A DNA stretch of 32,000 nucleotides from Zymomonas mobilis subsp. mobilis ATCC 10988 (GCF_000175255.2 NC_017262.1:1440001-1472000); one strand, 5' to 3'; shown: positions 15,596-25,909, counted from the stretch's first letter. The notes: generated from the letters alone by a model not told the origin. A program made the numbers and translations.

Positions 15596-16090
15596 ATGAC
15601 CATTAACCGGTTGGGAAAAAAAGGCAAAGCAGGCATACTTCTTATGCTGGCCGGCTTGTCTGTCGGATGCACAAGAATAAGAGACCATCGCGGATATATG
15701 GTCGATAAAGCCATGGTTCAGTCTGTTTCCCCGGGTGTGGACAACCGGCAATCTGTTGAAAAAACTTTAGGCCGCCCGACTTTAGCAGGCGAGTTCGATC
15801 CTAATGTATGGTATTACATCAGCACTGATACAAAACAGCTCGTCTTCTCTTTGCCGAAAGCTTACAAACAAAATGTTTTAGCTGTTCATTTTGATCCAAG
15901 AGGAAATGTTTCTCGTGTTGAGACTATGGGGCTTGAACATGTTTCCCATATCCATCCAATCAGAGACCAAACTGTAACCCTCAGTACCCATCGTGGTTTC
16001 TTTGCTGAGCTATTTAATAACGTAGCCGCTGTTGGAGGTATGGCAGGGATGACACCTGTAGGAGCTGGTCCCGGTGGTACGACACCTTAA
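15596..16090 (+). CDS. bamE: Outer membrane protein assembly factor BamE (SmpA/OmlA lipoprotein)
   Basis: A lipoprotein signal with lipobox LAGLSVGC is followed by HRGYMVDKAMVQSVSPGVDNRQSVEKTLGRPT...WYYIS, as in BamE. Confidence 0.75.
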   Translation: MTINRLGKKGKAGILLMLAGLSVGCTRIRDHRGYMVDKAMVQSVSPGVDNRQSVEKTLGRPTLAGEFDPNVWYYISTDTKQLVFSLPKAYKQNVLAVHFDPRGNVSRVETMGLEHVSHIHPIRDQTVTLSTHRGFFAELFNNVAAVGGMAGMTPVGAGPGGTTP

Positions 16091-16152
16091 AAATGAGTAA
16101 TTTTATTCCAATATTTTACTGTATCGTTTTTTGAAAATTAAATCTGGTAATC

Positions 16153-18828
16153 GTGACTGTCAAAAAGATTAAAGCTGCAAAGAATACCGCTGCTTCAAAA
16201 TCGCGGAATGTAACACCGATGATGGAGCAATATTACGAGCTGAAAGCGCAAGCTCAAGATTGTTTGCTCTTTTATCGTATGGGGGATTTTTTCGAACTCT
16301 TTTTTGATGATGCTAAGAAGGCTTCAGCAATTCTTGATATTGCTCTTACTAGCCGAGGCACTCATATCGAAGAATCGATTCCGATGTGTGGTGTTCCCAT
16401 TCATGCAGCGGAATCTTATCTTGCACGCCTGATAAAAGCCGGCTGCCGCGTTGCGATTGCTGATCAGGTTGAAACGCCAGCAGAAGCAAAAAAACGAGGT
16501 GGATCAAAAGCGCTCGTAAAAAGAGCGATTATCCGCGTCGTAACGGCAGGTACTTTAACAGAAGAAGCTTTGCTAGATTCTCGTGCTGCAAACTGGCTTG
16601 TTGCAGTCGCCCGTGCTGGTAGTGATTTTGGGCTAGCTGCCGCTGATATTTCGACAGGCCGTTTTGAAACCATTACTTTGTCAGAAGGCCGTCTCGATTC
16701 TGAGTTAGCACGGCTTTCAGCTGCTGAAGTTATTGCTCCAGAATCCTTAGTTCAGCAGGCCGCTTATAAAAATCGGATTCCCCAAGCTGTCGCGTTAAGT
16801 AATGAGTGTTTCAATAGTCCACATGGAGAAGCTCGACTAAAATCACTCTTCAAGATTTCAACACTTGACGGCTTTGGGATTTTTTCTCGTGCTGAGCTTG
16901 CTGCAATTGACGGTTTATTGGCATGGCTGGATCGTGCAGGGCAGGGTAAACTACCGTTTTTGCAGCAGCCTGTCAGGCGGGCTTATGCTGATCATATGTT
17001 GATTGATGCGGCTACCAGATCTAGCCTTGAGTTAACTGCCTCAACAGAAGGCCGGAGGGATGGTAGTTTAGTCTCTTCTATTGATCATACCGTTACCGGA
17101 GCTGGGGCTCGCCTTCTGACAGCGGATCTTGGTGCACCACTTATGGATATCGATGTTATTCATAAGCGACTCGATCTTGTTGAATTCTTTTTTTATGATA
17201 CATTATTACGAGAGGATGTTCGGGACCTTTTAAAAGGATCTCCCGATTTAGCCCGGGTTCTTGGGCGTTTAGTCGCCGGCCGGGGAACTCCACGTGATTT
17301 AAGTCTGTTAAGAGATGGCTTGAAACAGGCTTTTATTCTTTATGAAAAATTATTCTCTCTTGAACCTAAACCTGCGCTTCTGGAGCAGATTCTCCCTGCT
17401 TTTCGTGGGCATGGATCTCTGGTTGATCTTCTCGAGCGGGCTTTAATCGAACAGCCTCCCATTGATGCCACTCAAGGTGGCTTTATCGCCAAAGGCTACG
17501 ATCATGCTTTAGATGAATTGCGGTCGATGGGTGGAGAAAGTCGACGTGCCATTGCGGCCTTAGAGGCAACCTATCGAGAAAAGACAGGTATCAATACGTT
17601 AAAAATCCGTCATAATAATGTGCTGGGTTATCATATTGAGGTACCTTCCAGACATGCTGATGCTTTAATGCAAGCGAATTCTGGTTTTACGCATCGTCAA
17701 ACTTTGGCTGGCGTTGTACGTTTTAACGCGTCAGAACTTCATGAACAGGCAATAAGAGCAACACAGGCCGGCGTTCAGGCGATTGCAATTGAAAGCAAGC
17801 ATCTTGCGTGTTTAATCGAAAGCACTTTAGAAAAACGTGACCATATAGCGGCTTGTGCGGACGCCTTAGCGCGCCTTGATGTTTCAGCAGGATTTGCAGA
17901 TTGCGCTGTCCAAAAAAATTGGACAAGGCCAACCGTTGATGATTCTTGCTGCTTTGATGTTATTCAAGGTCGTCATCCTGTTGTCGAAAATGCTTTAGTA
18001 AAATCAGGTGAACGCTTTGTTGCCAATAATACTAATTTAGATCCAAAAAACCGTTTGTGGTTAGTAACCGGTCCCAATATGGGAGGTAAATCCACTTTTC
18101 TGCGTCAAAATGCTCTTTTAGCTGTTTTAGCTCAGACTGGCAGTTTTGTTCCGGCAGAAAAAGCACGGATCGGTTTGGTCGATCGTCTTTTTAGTCGAGT
18201 TGGAGCTTCAGATAATTTAGCGCGAGGGCGTTCAACCTTTATGGTTGAAATGGTAGAAACGGCGGCCATCTTGTCTCAGGCAACCAATCGTAGTTTTGTG
18301 ATTCTTGATGAGGTCGGCAGGGGAACCTCAACCTATGATGGACTGGCTATCGCTTGGGCCGTTGTTGAAGCTGTGCATGATATTAATGCATGTCGTTGTC
18401 TATTCGCGACTCACTATCACGAGCTAACGCAACTGACCTCGCGTCTTCCTGCTTTGTCGCTTCACCATGTCCGTGCCAAAGAGTGGCAGGGTGATCTGGT
18501 TTTGCTGCATGAAATGGCAGAAGGTGCCGCAGATAGAAGCTATGGTATCGAAGTTGCTCGTTTAGCAGGACTGCCACCCGTTGTTTTAAAACGGGCAAGT
18601 GAGGTTCTTGCTCAATTAGAAAATTCTTCCGGTAAAAATAACGATTCTTCAGCTAATCTTTCTGATTTACCTCTTTTCGGAGTACAGGCTTTTCAAACTG
18701 TTTTACCGCAGAATGATCCACTTTATGATGCAGTTTCAGAATTAGATGCCGACGCGCTTACTCCTCGCCAAGCCTTGGATGTTATCTATCGGCTGAAAGA
18801 ACTGGCAGCGAAGGATAAGGTGATGTAA
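16153..18828 (+). CDS. mutS: DNA mismatch repair protein MutS
   Basis: 891 aa with a GTG start. It has TPMMEQYYELK...FYRMGDFFELFFDDA (mismatch-binding domain), the Walker A motif TGPNMGGKST, then DEVGRGTSTYDG and FATHYHEL. Confidence 0.95.
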   Translation: MTVKKIKAAKNTAASKSRNVTPMMEQYYELKAQAQDCLLFYRMGDFFELFFDDAKKASAILDIALTSRGTHIEESIPMCGVPIHAAESYLARLIKAGCRVAIADQVETPAEAKKRGGSKALVKRAIIRVVTAGTLTEEALLDSRAANWLVAVARAGSDFGLAAADISTGRFETITLSEGRLDSELARLSAAEVIAPESLVQQAAYKNRIPQAVALSNECFNSPHGEARLKSLFKISTLDGFGIFSRAELAAIDGLLAWLDRAGQGKLPFLQQPVRRAYADHMLIDAATRSSLELTASTEGRRDGSLVSSIDHTVTGAGARLLTADLGAPLMDIDVIHKRLDLVEFFFYDTLLREDVRDLLKGSPDLARVLGRLVAGRGTPRDLSLLRDGLKQAFILYEKLFSLEPKPALLEQILPAFRGHGSLVDLLERALIEQPPIDATQGGFIAKGYDHALDELRSMGGESRRAIAALEATYREKTGINTLKIRHNNVLGYHIEVPSRHADALMQANSGFTHRQTLAGVVRFNASELHEQAIRATQAGVQAIAIESKHLACLIESTLEKRDHIAACADALARLDVSAGFADCAVQKNWTRPTVDDSCCFDVIQGRHPVVENALVKSGERFVANNTNLDPKNRLWLVTGPNMGGKSTFLRQNALLAVLAQTGSFVPAEKARIGLVDRLFSRVGASDNLARGRSTFMVEMVETAAILSQATNRSFVILDEVGRGTSTYDGLAIAWAVVEAVHDINACRCLFATHYHELTQLTSRLPALSLHHVRAKEWQGDLVLLHEMAEGAADRSYGIEVARLAGLPPVVLKRASEVLAQLENSSGKNNDSSANLSDLPLFGVQAFQTVLPQNDPLYDAVSELDADALTPRQALDVIYRLKELAAKDKVM

Positions 18829-18939
18829 AAGAAAAATATATTCTCTGGCTTTTTCTCAATAATTTTTTGGAATAAGTGAGAGTTGTTTGAGGCTTAATGC
18901 GTCATAATAATAACAGGAGAATCCGCTATACGTCCGCCG

Positions 18940-19479
18940 ATGATGAGGCGCCCTCATGGACAGGCAGCTATGCCGATGAGTGGCCCACGCTACAATGAGT
19001 TCATACAAAGTCCCCGTGTCCGTGTCATTGATGAAAATGGTGAAAATCTTGGCGTCATGTACACGCGTCAGGCAATGGAGCAAGCACAAGAAGTAGGCCT
19101 TGATTTAGTCGAAGTCTCTCCGAATGCTGATCCGCCTGTTGCCAAATTTCTGGATGTTGGCAAATACAAGTATGAAGCCCAGAAAAAGGCTAATCTTGCC
19201 AGAAAGACCCAGAAAACACAGGAAATTAAAGAAATCAAGCTTCGGCCAAATATTGACCAGCATGATTATGACACCAAGATGAAAAAAATCGTCCAGTTCT
19301 TAGAAGATGGCGACAAAGTTAAGGTGACTTTACGTTTCCGTGGTCGTGAAATGGCTCATGGTCAGCTTGGTATGCAAGTGATGCAGCGCGTTCAGGCTGA
19401 TACTCAAGAAATTGCGAAGGTAGAGCAACATCCTCGCATGGAGGGACGTCAGATGCTGATGGTCGTAGCTCCGAAGTAA
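18940..19479 (+). CDS. infC: Translation initiation factor IF-3
   Basis: It shows [21 protein letters not shown]...[14 protein letters not shown]...[17 protein letters not shown]...[14 protein letters not shown]. The start is uncertain: ATG 18940/18943, or an in-frame AUA at 18928 with better SD spacing (see findings). Confidence 0.9.
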   Translation: MMRRPHGQAAMPMSGPRYNEFIQSPRVRVIDENGENLGVMYTRQAMEQAQEVGLDLVEVSPNADPPVAKFLDVGKYKYEAQKKANLARKTQKTQEIKEIKLRPNIDQHDYDTKMKKIVQFLEDGDKVKVTLRFRGREMAHGQLGMQVMQRVQADTQEIAKVEQHPRMEGRQMLMVVAPK

Positions 19480-19492
19480 TATTGCCCAGCGA

Positions 19493-19515
19493 TGACGCGG
19501 TATTATGCCGCGTCA
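19493..19515. terminator. Hairpin between convergent infC and gpsA (possible shared terminator, no clear U-tract)
   Basis: TGACGCGG-TATTATG-CCGCGTCA, an 8-bp stem. Confidence 0.3.
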
Positions 19516-19556
19516 CGCGCTATCCAGATAATCTGTTAGATATATTTTAATATAAT

Positions 19557-20579
19557 TTAGACCGAAAAACTGTATTCTCCCTTGAGCGGGCGGGATAACA
19601 ATCTCTCTAAGACTGAATTGACAGATTCACCTTCAATCAAATCACAAATGGCTGAAACCAACGGCATTTCTACTTTTAGTTTATTAGCAACTCTTTGTAA
19701 GACAGGCGCTGTGAAAACGCCTTCTGTTGTAACTGCTCTTTTCTTTTGCTGTTCTTCGTAGCTATAGCCTTCACCAAGTTTTTTCCCAAAAGTGAAGTTA
19801 CGAGACAATTCCGACGAGCAGGTCAGGACAAGATCTCCTAAACCGGATAATCCCGTTAAAGTTTCTTCTTTTGCACCCAATGCAATACCAAAGCGGTTCA
19901 TTTCTGCAAAACCGCGGCTAATAACGGCTGCACGGGCATTATTGCCAAGTTTTGCACCTGCAACGACTCCACAGGCAATCGCTAATACATTTTTGACAGC
20001 ACCTCCAACATCCGCACCAATCACGTCAGACGAGGCATAAGGGCGAAATGTTGGAATGGCTAACCTTTGCATTAAGGCCGCTCTTATATCCTTCTCTTTG
20101 GCTGCTAAAGTCACGGCTGTCGGTAAATGGCGTGCTACTTCACTTGCAAATGTTGGCCCAGATAAAACTGCAATAGGACGGTGAGGGAAAATATCGGCCG
20201 CTAACTGAGACATCAATAGGCCAGATTCCGCTTCTATTCCTTTTGCACATAAAATTAATGGGCGACTATCATTGGGAATCTGTCTTAAAACAGATCTCAT
20301 TTTTTGGGCTGGAATGGCTACCAATAAAGCAGATGCTGAACTTAGATCATTTAATTCATCTGTTGCATGGATAGTTCGGGGTATAATGATGTCAGGCAAA
20401 TAATCAGGATTGATGTGTCTCTGATTAATGGCATCAATAATTTCTCTTTTTCTGCCCCATAAAGTGACGGCACCTTTATAACTGGCTACGGCTGCCAAAG
20501 CCGTTCCCCATGACCCCGCACCTAAGACACCGATATGATGAAAATGATCGGCTGTTTTCTTTTCTTCAAGAACAGGCAT
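19557..20579 (-). CDS. gpsA: NAD(P)H-dependent glycerol-3-phosphate dehydrogenase
   Basis: It has the Rossmann motif IGVLGAGSWGTALA and GpsA-typical GAVKNVLAIACG and GLSGLGDLVLTC. Its ATG directly follows the tsaD stop (TAGATG). Confidence 0.9.
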   Translation of the reverse strand: MPVLEEKKTADHFHHIGVLGAGSWGTALAAVASYKGAVTLWGRKREIIDAINQRHINPDYLPDIIIPRTIHATDELNDLSSASALLVAIPAQKMRSVLRQIPNDSRPLILCAKGIEAESGLLMSQLAADIFPHRPIAVLSGPTFASEVARHLPTAVTLAAKEKDIRAALMQRLAIPTFRPYASSDVIGADVGGAVKNVLAIACGVVAGAKLGNNARAAVISRGFAEMNRFGIALGAKEETLTGLSGLGDLVLTCSSELSRNFTFGKKLGEGYSYEEQQKKRAVTTEGVFTAPVLQRVANKLKVEMPLVSAICDLIEGESVNSVLERLLSRPLKGEYSFSV

Positions 20580-21626
20580 CTACGCTTTTACTCCGGCACC
20601 GCGTGCTTTTTCAGCATGAGGGTCTAACGGCCATCTTGCTCGCGCTGGACTCTCAAGATTATCAATCATTCCCAGACGAAACCGTTCGACGCCCGCCCAT
20701 GCGATCATAGCGCCATTATCAGTGCATAGCGAAGGCGGCGGTGCAATCAAAGGTAAATTATGTGCTTCTGCTAGATCCGTAAGTGCAGGACGGATGGCTT
20801 GATTCGCAGCCATACCTCCAGCAATAACAAAGGCGTTGATTTGAATATTTTCGCCTTCAATCTTTTTGAGAGCTTTTTCGCTACGATTGACTAAGCAATC
20901 AATAACAGCCTGTTGGAATGATGCTGCAATATCGTGTCTTTTATAAATGCCAGATTGATATGCTCTTAAAACCGCGGTTTTAAGTCCTGCAAAAGAGAAA
21001 TGAGGTTCTTTGCTTTTAATTAATGGCCTAGGTAAGGGAACCGCCATTGGATCGCCATTCAAAGCTTCTCTTTCTACAGCTGGGCCTCCAGGAAAGCCTA
21101 ATCCTAAAATTTTAGCCGTTTTGTCAAAGGCTTCACCGCCAGCATCATCAATTGTTGTTGCTAGGCGGCGATATTCGCCCACATTTTTAACCAGTAGAAT
21201 TTGGCAATGACCACCAGAGATAAGCAATAATAAATAAGGAAAAGACAGAGTTTTATCTGCTAAACGAGGGGTTAAGGCGTGACCTTCTAGGTGGTTAATC
21301 GCAATCAGTGGTTTTTTACAGGCAAGAGAAAGCGCTTTTCCTGTTACAAAACCAACCATAACGCCGCCAATTAAGCCTGGCCCCGCAGTTGCTGCAATGG
21401 CATCTATTTCTGATAAATTTTTTCCTGATTCATTTAAAACCTTTCTTACTAACGGCTCTAGACGCTCGACATGGGCTCTTGCCGCAATTTCTGGAACTAC
21501 ACCGCCATAAGGACGATGTAAAATTTCTTGTGTTGCCAAATGACTGGAAATAATATTACCATCATTATCAACTAATGCGACTGCTGTTTCGTCGCAACTC
21601 GACTCAAGACCTAAAACTAATGCCAT
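20580..21626 (-). CDS. tsaD: tRNA N6-adenosine threonylcarbamoyltransferase TsaD (Kae1/Gcp family)
   Basis: It shows LGLESSCDETAVALV...GGVVPEIAARAH...INHLEGHAL...ISGGHCQ...GGMAAN. I prefer the start at Met16 (21626). The longest ORF (to 21671) would overlap the hemC ATG head-to-head. Confidence 0.88.
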   Translation of the reverse strand: MALVLGLESSCDETAVALVDNDGNIISSHLATQEILHRPYGGVVPEIAARAHVERLEPLVRKVLNESGKNLSEIDAIAATAGPGLIGGVMVGFVTGKALSLACKKPLIAINHLEGHALTPRLADKTLSFPYLLLLISGGHCQILLVKNVGEYRRLATTIDDAGGEAFDKTAKILGLGFPGGPAVEREALNGDPMAVPLPRPLIKSKEPHFSFAGLKTAVLRAYQSGIYKRHDIAASFQQAVIDCLVNRSEKALKKIEGENIQINAFVIAGGMAANQAIRPALTDLAEAHNLPLIAPPPSLCTDNGAMIAWAGVERFRLGMIDNLESPARARWPLDPHAEKARGAGVKA

Positions 21627-21669
21627 AGGGGGCTTTTCTGCCACCATAAGGGGCGGTAGAGCAACTATC

Positions 21670-22596
21670 ATGCAACTTCCTTTTCGTCTCGGATCCCGAG
21701 GTTCCCCTCTAGCCCTTATTCAGGCACGCTCAGTCGCCTCTGCTTTATGTGCTGCACATAGCTGGTCAGAGGATGCTGTTGTCATTGTACCTATTCGCAC
21801 TTCTGGTGATAAAAATCGTCATCAGGCTTTAGCGGATATTGGTGGAAAGGCGCTTTGGACAAAAGAGCTGGATATCGCTTTGACAACAGGTCAAATTGAT
21901 GCTGCCGTACATTCTATGAAGGATGTTGAAACTTTTCGTCCTTCACATATCTCTATAGCGGCTATGCTTCCTAGAGAAGATGTTCATGACAGGTTGATTG
22001 GAATCCCTTCCTTAGAAGTATTGCCTTATTCTGGTTGTGTTGGAACGGCATCGCCACGTCGAGCTGCCCAGATAAGGTGCATCCGACCTGATATCGAGAT
22101 TAAACTGTTACGGGGGAACATAGACACTCGTTTAGAAAAACTGGCTAATAAACAGTTTGATGCTACCCTTCTTGCCGCCGCTGGTCTCATTCGACTCGGA
22201 AGAAATGATGTGGGATATGATGTTCCCTTAGATCAGATGCTGCCAGCTGCTGGGCAGGGCGCTATCGGAATCGAGGCTCTGGCAGATTCCGCTGCTTGGG
22301 AAAAAGTATCTATAATTGATCATTACCCTACACATTTAGCGGTTCAGTCAGAAAGGCAACTTCTTCTTCGGCTCAATGCTGATTGCCATTCTCCGATTGC
22401 GGTTTTTGCCGAGATTTTAGAAAAAAATATCCGTTTGAGAGCTTGCCTCTATACGGAAAATGGAAAATTTTCGGCGTCTATTGATAAAGAAATTAGTCAA
22501 CCTTCTGATGCTTTTGAAGTTGGTAGCTTATTGTTGAATCAATCTCCGCCGGAGGTGCAAGCTCTCTTCCTACCCAGAGTATTGTCAGAACGTTAA
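21670..22596 (+). CDS. hemC: Hydroxymethylbilane synthase (porphobilinogen deaminase)
   Basis: It shows LGSRGSPLALIQA...IRTSGD...GGKALWTKELD...HSMKDV...GTASPRR..Q...LRGNIDTRL...C.SPIA (the dipyrromethane cofactor Cys region). Confidence 0.9.
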   Translation: MQLPFRLGSRGSPLALIQARSVASALCAAHSWSEDAVVIVPIRTSGDKNRHQALADIGGKALWTKELDIALTTGQIDAAVHSMKDVETFRPSHISIAAMLPREDVHDRLIGIPSLEVLPYSGCVGTASPRRAAQIRCIRPDIEIKLLRGNIDTRLEKLANKQFDATLLAAAGLIRLGRNDVGYDVPLDQMLPAAGQGAIGIEALADSAAWEKVSIIDHYPTHLAVQSERQLLLRLNADCHSPIAVFAEILEKNIRLRACLYTENGKFSASIDKEISQPSDAFEVGSLLLNQSPPEVQALFLPRVLSER

Positions 22597-22630
22597 TCGG
22601 CATTTGCTCCCTATCTGAACAGAGTCCAAT

Positions 22631-23359
22631 ATGCTGAGAGAATGGCAATTAAATAATCGTGTTCAAGATAAATTATTGATTTTACGCCCCGAGCCGGGGG
22701 CAACCGCTACAGCCAAGCGTGCAGAAAAAGTAGGCTGGCAAGTAATAAAAACGCCTCTTGCAACGGCTATATCGATACCTTGGTCAATAAATGAATCTCT
22801 ATCTTTTGATGCGGTTATGGTAACGAGTGCCCAAGCTATTTATCACGGAGGAAGTGAACTGGATAAATTAAAAGACTATCCTCTTTACGTGGTTGGCAAG
22901 GCTACTGAGGCGGCGGCACGTCAGGCAGGGTTTCAGCATATTGTAACGGCCGAAGGTAATGGCGCATCTGTACTTTGTTGTCTTGAACGGGACAAAAGAA
23001 TGCGGATATTAAGGCTCTGCGGCGAGATTTACAAAGATTATGACTATAAAAATTTTTCTCTGAAAGAAAACACTCAATTCTTTATAAAAATTCTTTATAG
23101 AATGCAAAATATTGCCAGTTTACCGATAGAAGCCTGTCAGGCATTAGTAGAAAATGCCATAGTCCTATTACACTCTTCTCGTTTTGCAGAGCAATTTCGT
23201 CTTTTGCTTGCGAAAACGGATATCAATCCAGACAGAGTTCAGATTGCTGTTATTAGCCCAGCAGTAGCAGAACAAATTGGAAAAGAGTGGCGAGCAATGG
23301 CAATAGCTGAATATCCTGATGACACATCTTTGTTAAAGGCGGCAGCTAGCTTGAAATGA
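22631..23359 (+). CDS. hemD: Uroporphyrinogen-III synthase
   Basis: It sits directly after hemC, has a HemD-like N-terminus (LLILRPEPGATATAKRAEKVGW..PL) and is of two-domain size (242 aa). The family is weakly conserved. Confidence 0.65.
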   Translation: MLREWQLNNRVQDKLLILRPEPGATATAKRAEKVGWQVIKTPLATAISIPWSINESLSFDAVMVTSAQAIYHGGSELDKLKDYPLYVVGKATEAAARQAGFQHIVTAEGNGASVLCCLERDKRMRILRLCGEIYKDYDYKNFSLKENTQFFIKILYRMQNIASLPIEACQALVENAIVLLHSSRFAEQFRLLLAKTDINPDRVQIAVISPAVAEQIGKEWRAMAIAEYPDDTSLLKAAASLK

Positions 23360-23377
23360 AACTCGGATAGAAAATGA

Positions 23378-24451
23378 ATGAAGGCAGATTCTGAATGGAA
23401 TCAGAGGCAAATATTCAGGGACAGATGTATGACAAATAACAACGGTATTCATAATTATGCCGGAAATAAAGAATCGAATTCTTCAATTGATCCTTTGGTC
23501 AATGCCTCACAGTCTTCAAAAAAACGGCCGTGGCAATCAAAATTGCTTTTTTCCTGTGCTGCATTCTTTTGTGGCGTCGGTGTTACTATCTACTCATTAT
23601 CACATTGGCAGCCAGCCAGAATGCTTATTGCTCCAGCTTCTGTCCCCAATAATCAACAATCTTCCGAGAAGACACCTCAGTTACCTTCGCAACTTTCTAT
23701 GTCTGGAAATGCTCAATCTCAAAATGGTACTGTGGCGCTCCCACAAACAGATTCTTCTAATTCGAATGTAACGGCCTCTATTGATGCCTTAAATGGCCGA
23801 ATAGATCGCCTTGAAAATCGTATTGATGATGTCAGCAAGGAAACCAAAGCTGCTATTGGGGATGCAGGTAGAGCGGAGAGTCTCCTTGTTGCTTTTGCTG
23901 CAAGACGGGCGCTTAATCGTGGCCAACCTCTAGGCTATTTAGAAGGCTTGTTACAATCGCGGTTTGGTAATAGTCAGCAGCAAGCCGTTTCTGTTATTTT
24001 AAATGCCTCACGGCAACCGGTTACGCTTGAACAATTAGTCGCTGGACTTATCCCGCTCAAGGGAGATTTACTCAAGCCGGACAAACAACAAGGGTGGTTG
24101 AGTTATTCTCGCCAGTTTTTTTCTAATCTGTTTGTTATCCACCGTCATGGCGAAGTGTCAACGATGCCTTCTGAACAATTAGAAGAGGCGATCCGTTTTT
24201 TGAATAATGGTAATGTCGATGGAGCTATTGCTGATATCTCAAAGCTGCCAGGGGCTCGTTATGCTCAAAATTGGCTGAATGCCGCTAAGCGTTATTCTTT
24301 GGCAAGGAATGCATTAGATATTCTTGAAACCTCAGCTCTTTTATCGCCAGATCAACCCGCAATCGATAATCCGACTTCGGAAAAAAATACTGATTCGCTT
24401 GATACAGAAGAAAAACATTCAACAAGTATTCCAGACAATCATCAAAGATAA
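23378..24451 (+). CDS. Membrane-anchored coiled-coil protein with a mitofilin-like C-terminus (alphaproteobacterial Mic60 / HemX-like, COG4223-type)
   Basis: It has one N-terminal TM helix (LLFSCAAFFCGVGVTIYSL), a Q/S-rich linker and a coiled coil (IDALNGRIDRLENRIDDVSKETK). The C-terminus reads RFLNNGNVDGAIADISKLPGARYAQNWLNAAKRYSLARNALDILE. It sits downstream of hemC-hemD. The start could instead be Met18 (23429). Confidence 0.55.
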   Translation: MKADSEWNQRQIFRDRCMTNNNGIHNYAGNKESNSSIDPLVNASQSSKKRPWQSKLLFSCAAFFCGVGVTIYSLSHWQPARMLIAPASVPNNQQSSEKTPQLPSQLSMSGNAQSQNGTVALPQTDSSNSNVTASIDALNGRIDRLENRIDDVSKETKAAIGDAGRAESLLVAFAARRALNRGQPLGYLEGLLQSRFGNSQQQAVSVILNASRQPVTLEQLVAGLIPLKGDLLKPDKQQGWLSYSRQFFSNLFVIHRHGEVSTMPSEQLEEAIRFLNNGNVDGAIADISKLPGARYAQNWLNAAKRYSLARNALDILETSALLSPDQPAIDNPTSEKNTDSLDTEEKHSTSIPDNHQR

Positions 24452-24661
24452 ATATAATTGAATCAACGCCAATTTTCGGGCGTATTTTGTTCAAATTGTC
24501 GCTTGGGGCTTGTAACTCAGGCGAAATTCGCTATACGCGCTTTGATGCGCGACGATTCTGGTAGCATAAACTCGCATGTTATTTTTCCTTGCCGGTTTAT
24601 GACATAGGCCTCATATCGTCGCTAAATTTTTTATCGCTTCATTTAATTTTAAGGTTCCGAG

Positions 24662-24841
24662 ATGGCTGTTCCTAAGAGAAAAACTACCCCTTCACGGCGG
24701 AATATGCGCCGTAGTCACCATGCCTTGACGGTAGAAGCTTATCAGGAATGCCCAAATTGCGGCGAATTAAAACGTCCGCATCATATGTGCCCAGCTTGTG
24801 GTCACTATAATGGGCGTGAGATCATCGCTGTAGAAGCCTGA
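24662..24841 (+). CDS. rpmF: 50S ribosomal protein L32
   Basis: Hand-translated 59-aa ORF, below the track cutoff: [59 protein letters not shown]. It has the classic MAVPKRKTS-type N-terminus and a CxxC...CxxC zinc ribbon, and lies upstream of plsX-fabH. Confidence 0.9.
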   Translation: MAVPKRKTTPSRRNMRRSHHALTVEAYQECPNCGELKRPHHMCPACGHYNGREIIAVEA

Positions 24842-24853
24842 TCTGTCTAATTA

Positions 24854-25909
24854 ATGATGAGTAAGGATCAAGCTCTGATCGCTGTCGATGCCATGGGCGG
24901 GGACGGTGGTCCGAGAGTTGTCATTGCAGCTTTGGCACTTGCGCTATCAACTGATCCGGATTTGCGTTTCCGCGTATATGGTGACGAAGCGCTTGTGCGT
25001 ACACAGATGGATCTATTCCCTGAGCTTGCACCGGCCTGTACGATATGCCCTGCACCAGATGTTATTTCTGGTGAAGAGAAACCGTCTTTGGCTTTGCGCC
25101 GTGCCCGCAAAAGTTCTATGGGCATGGCTATTTCTGCAGTAAAGACAGGGGAGGCTGATGCTGCTCTGTCTGCAGGTAATACTGGCGCATTGATGGCAAT
25201 CGCAAAGCTTTACTTGCGGATGATGCGTGGTATCGATCGTCCAGCCTTAACAACCATCTTGCCAACATTGGGCAAAAATGGGGTTGTTATGCTGGATTTG
25301 GGTGCCAATACAGAATGCGATATGCGTAATCTGGTCCAGTTCGCGGTAATGGGCGCTGTATATGCTCAATCGGCTATGGGCATTCCTTGCCCTCGACTAT
25401 CCTTACTCAATATCGGTACCGAAGAGATGAAGGGTACCGAAGATTTAAGAGCCGCCGCGGCTCTCTTGCGTCAAACTGAACAGACAGCTTTCCAGTATAC
25501 TGGTTTTATTGAATCAGACAGGATTGGCCAAGGGGATGCTGACGTTATCGTGACAGATGGTTTTTCTGGCAATATTGCATTGAAAACTATCGAAGGCACG
25601 GCACGTTTCATTACTAACCTTCTCCGGCGTGCTTTTTCAAGTTCATTGCGTTCCAAATTAGGTTTTCTGCTTTCAAAACCTGCTTTCAGATTATTTAGAG
25701 TTTATCTTGATCCGAATAATCATAATGGCGCAATTTTTCTTGGTCTTAATGGCATCGTTGTTAAAAGCCATGGGAATGCTAACGTATCTGGTATCGCTCA
25801 AGCCGTTCATCTGACAGCTAAGCTTGTCCGTTCTAATCTGGTCAATTGCATCGCCGATGATCTGGATATGTTTTTTTCTCAGGCGAGCAATAAGGAATTG
25901 CAGGCATGA
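24854..25909 (+). CDS. plsX: Phosphate acyltransferase PlsX
   Basis: It shows [12 protein letters not shown]...[10 protein letters not shown]...[13 protein letters not shown]...[11 protein letters not shown]. Confidence 0.92.
   Translation: MMSKDQALIAVDAMGGDGGPRVVIAALALALSTDPDLRFRVYGDEALVRTQMDLFPELAPACTICPAPDVISGEEKPSLALRRARKSSMGMAISAVKTGEADAALSAGNTGALMAIAKLYLRMMRGIDRPALTTILPTLGKNGVVMLDLGANTECDMRNLVQFAVMGAVYAQSAMGIPCPRLSLLNIGTEEMKGTEDLRAAAALLRQTEQTAFQYTGFIESDRIGQGDADVIVTDGFSGNIALKTIEGTARFITNLLRRAFSSSLRSKLGFLLSKPAFRLFRVYLDPNNHNGAIFLGLNGIVVKSHGNANVSGIAQAVHLTAKLVRSNLVNCIADDLDMFFSQASNKELQA

Noticed and set aside
21627-21671. tsaD start at 21671, overlapping the hemC ATG by 2 nt on opposite strands
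   Set aside because: TsaD proteins normally begin just before the LG(L/I)E(S/T)SCDET motif, and Met16 (21626) fits that. A head-to-head start-codon overlap is unlikely, though it cannot be excluded without N-terminal data.
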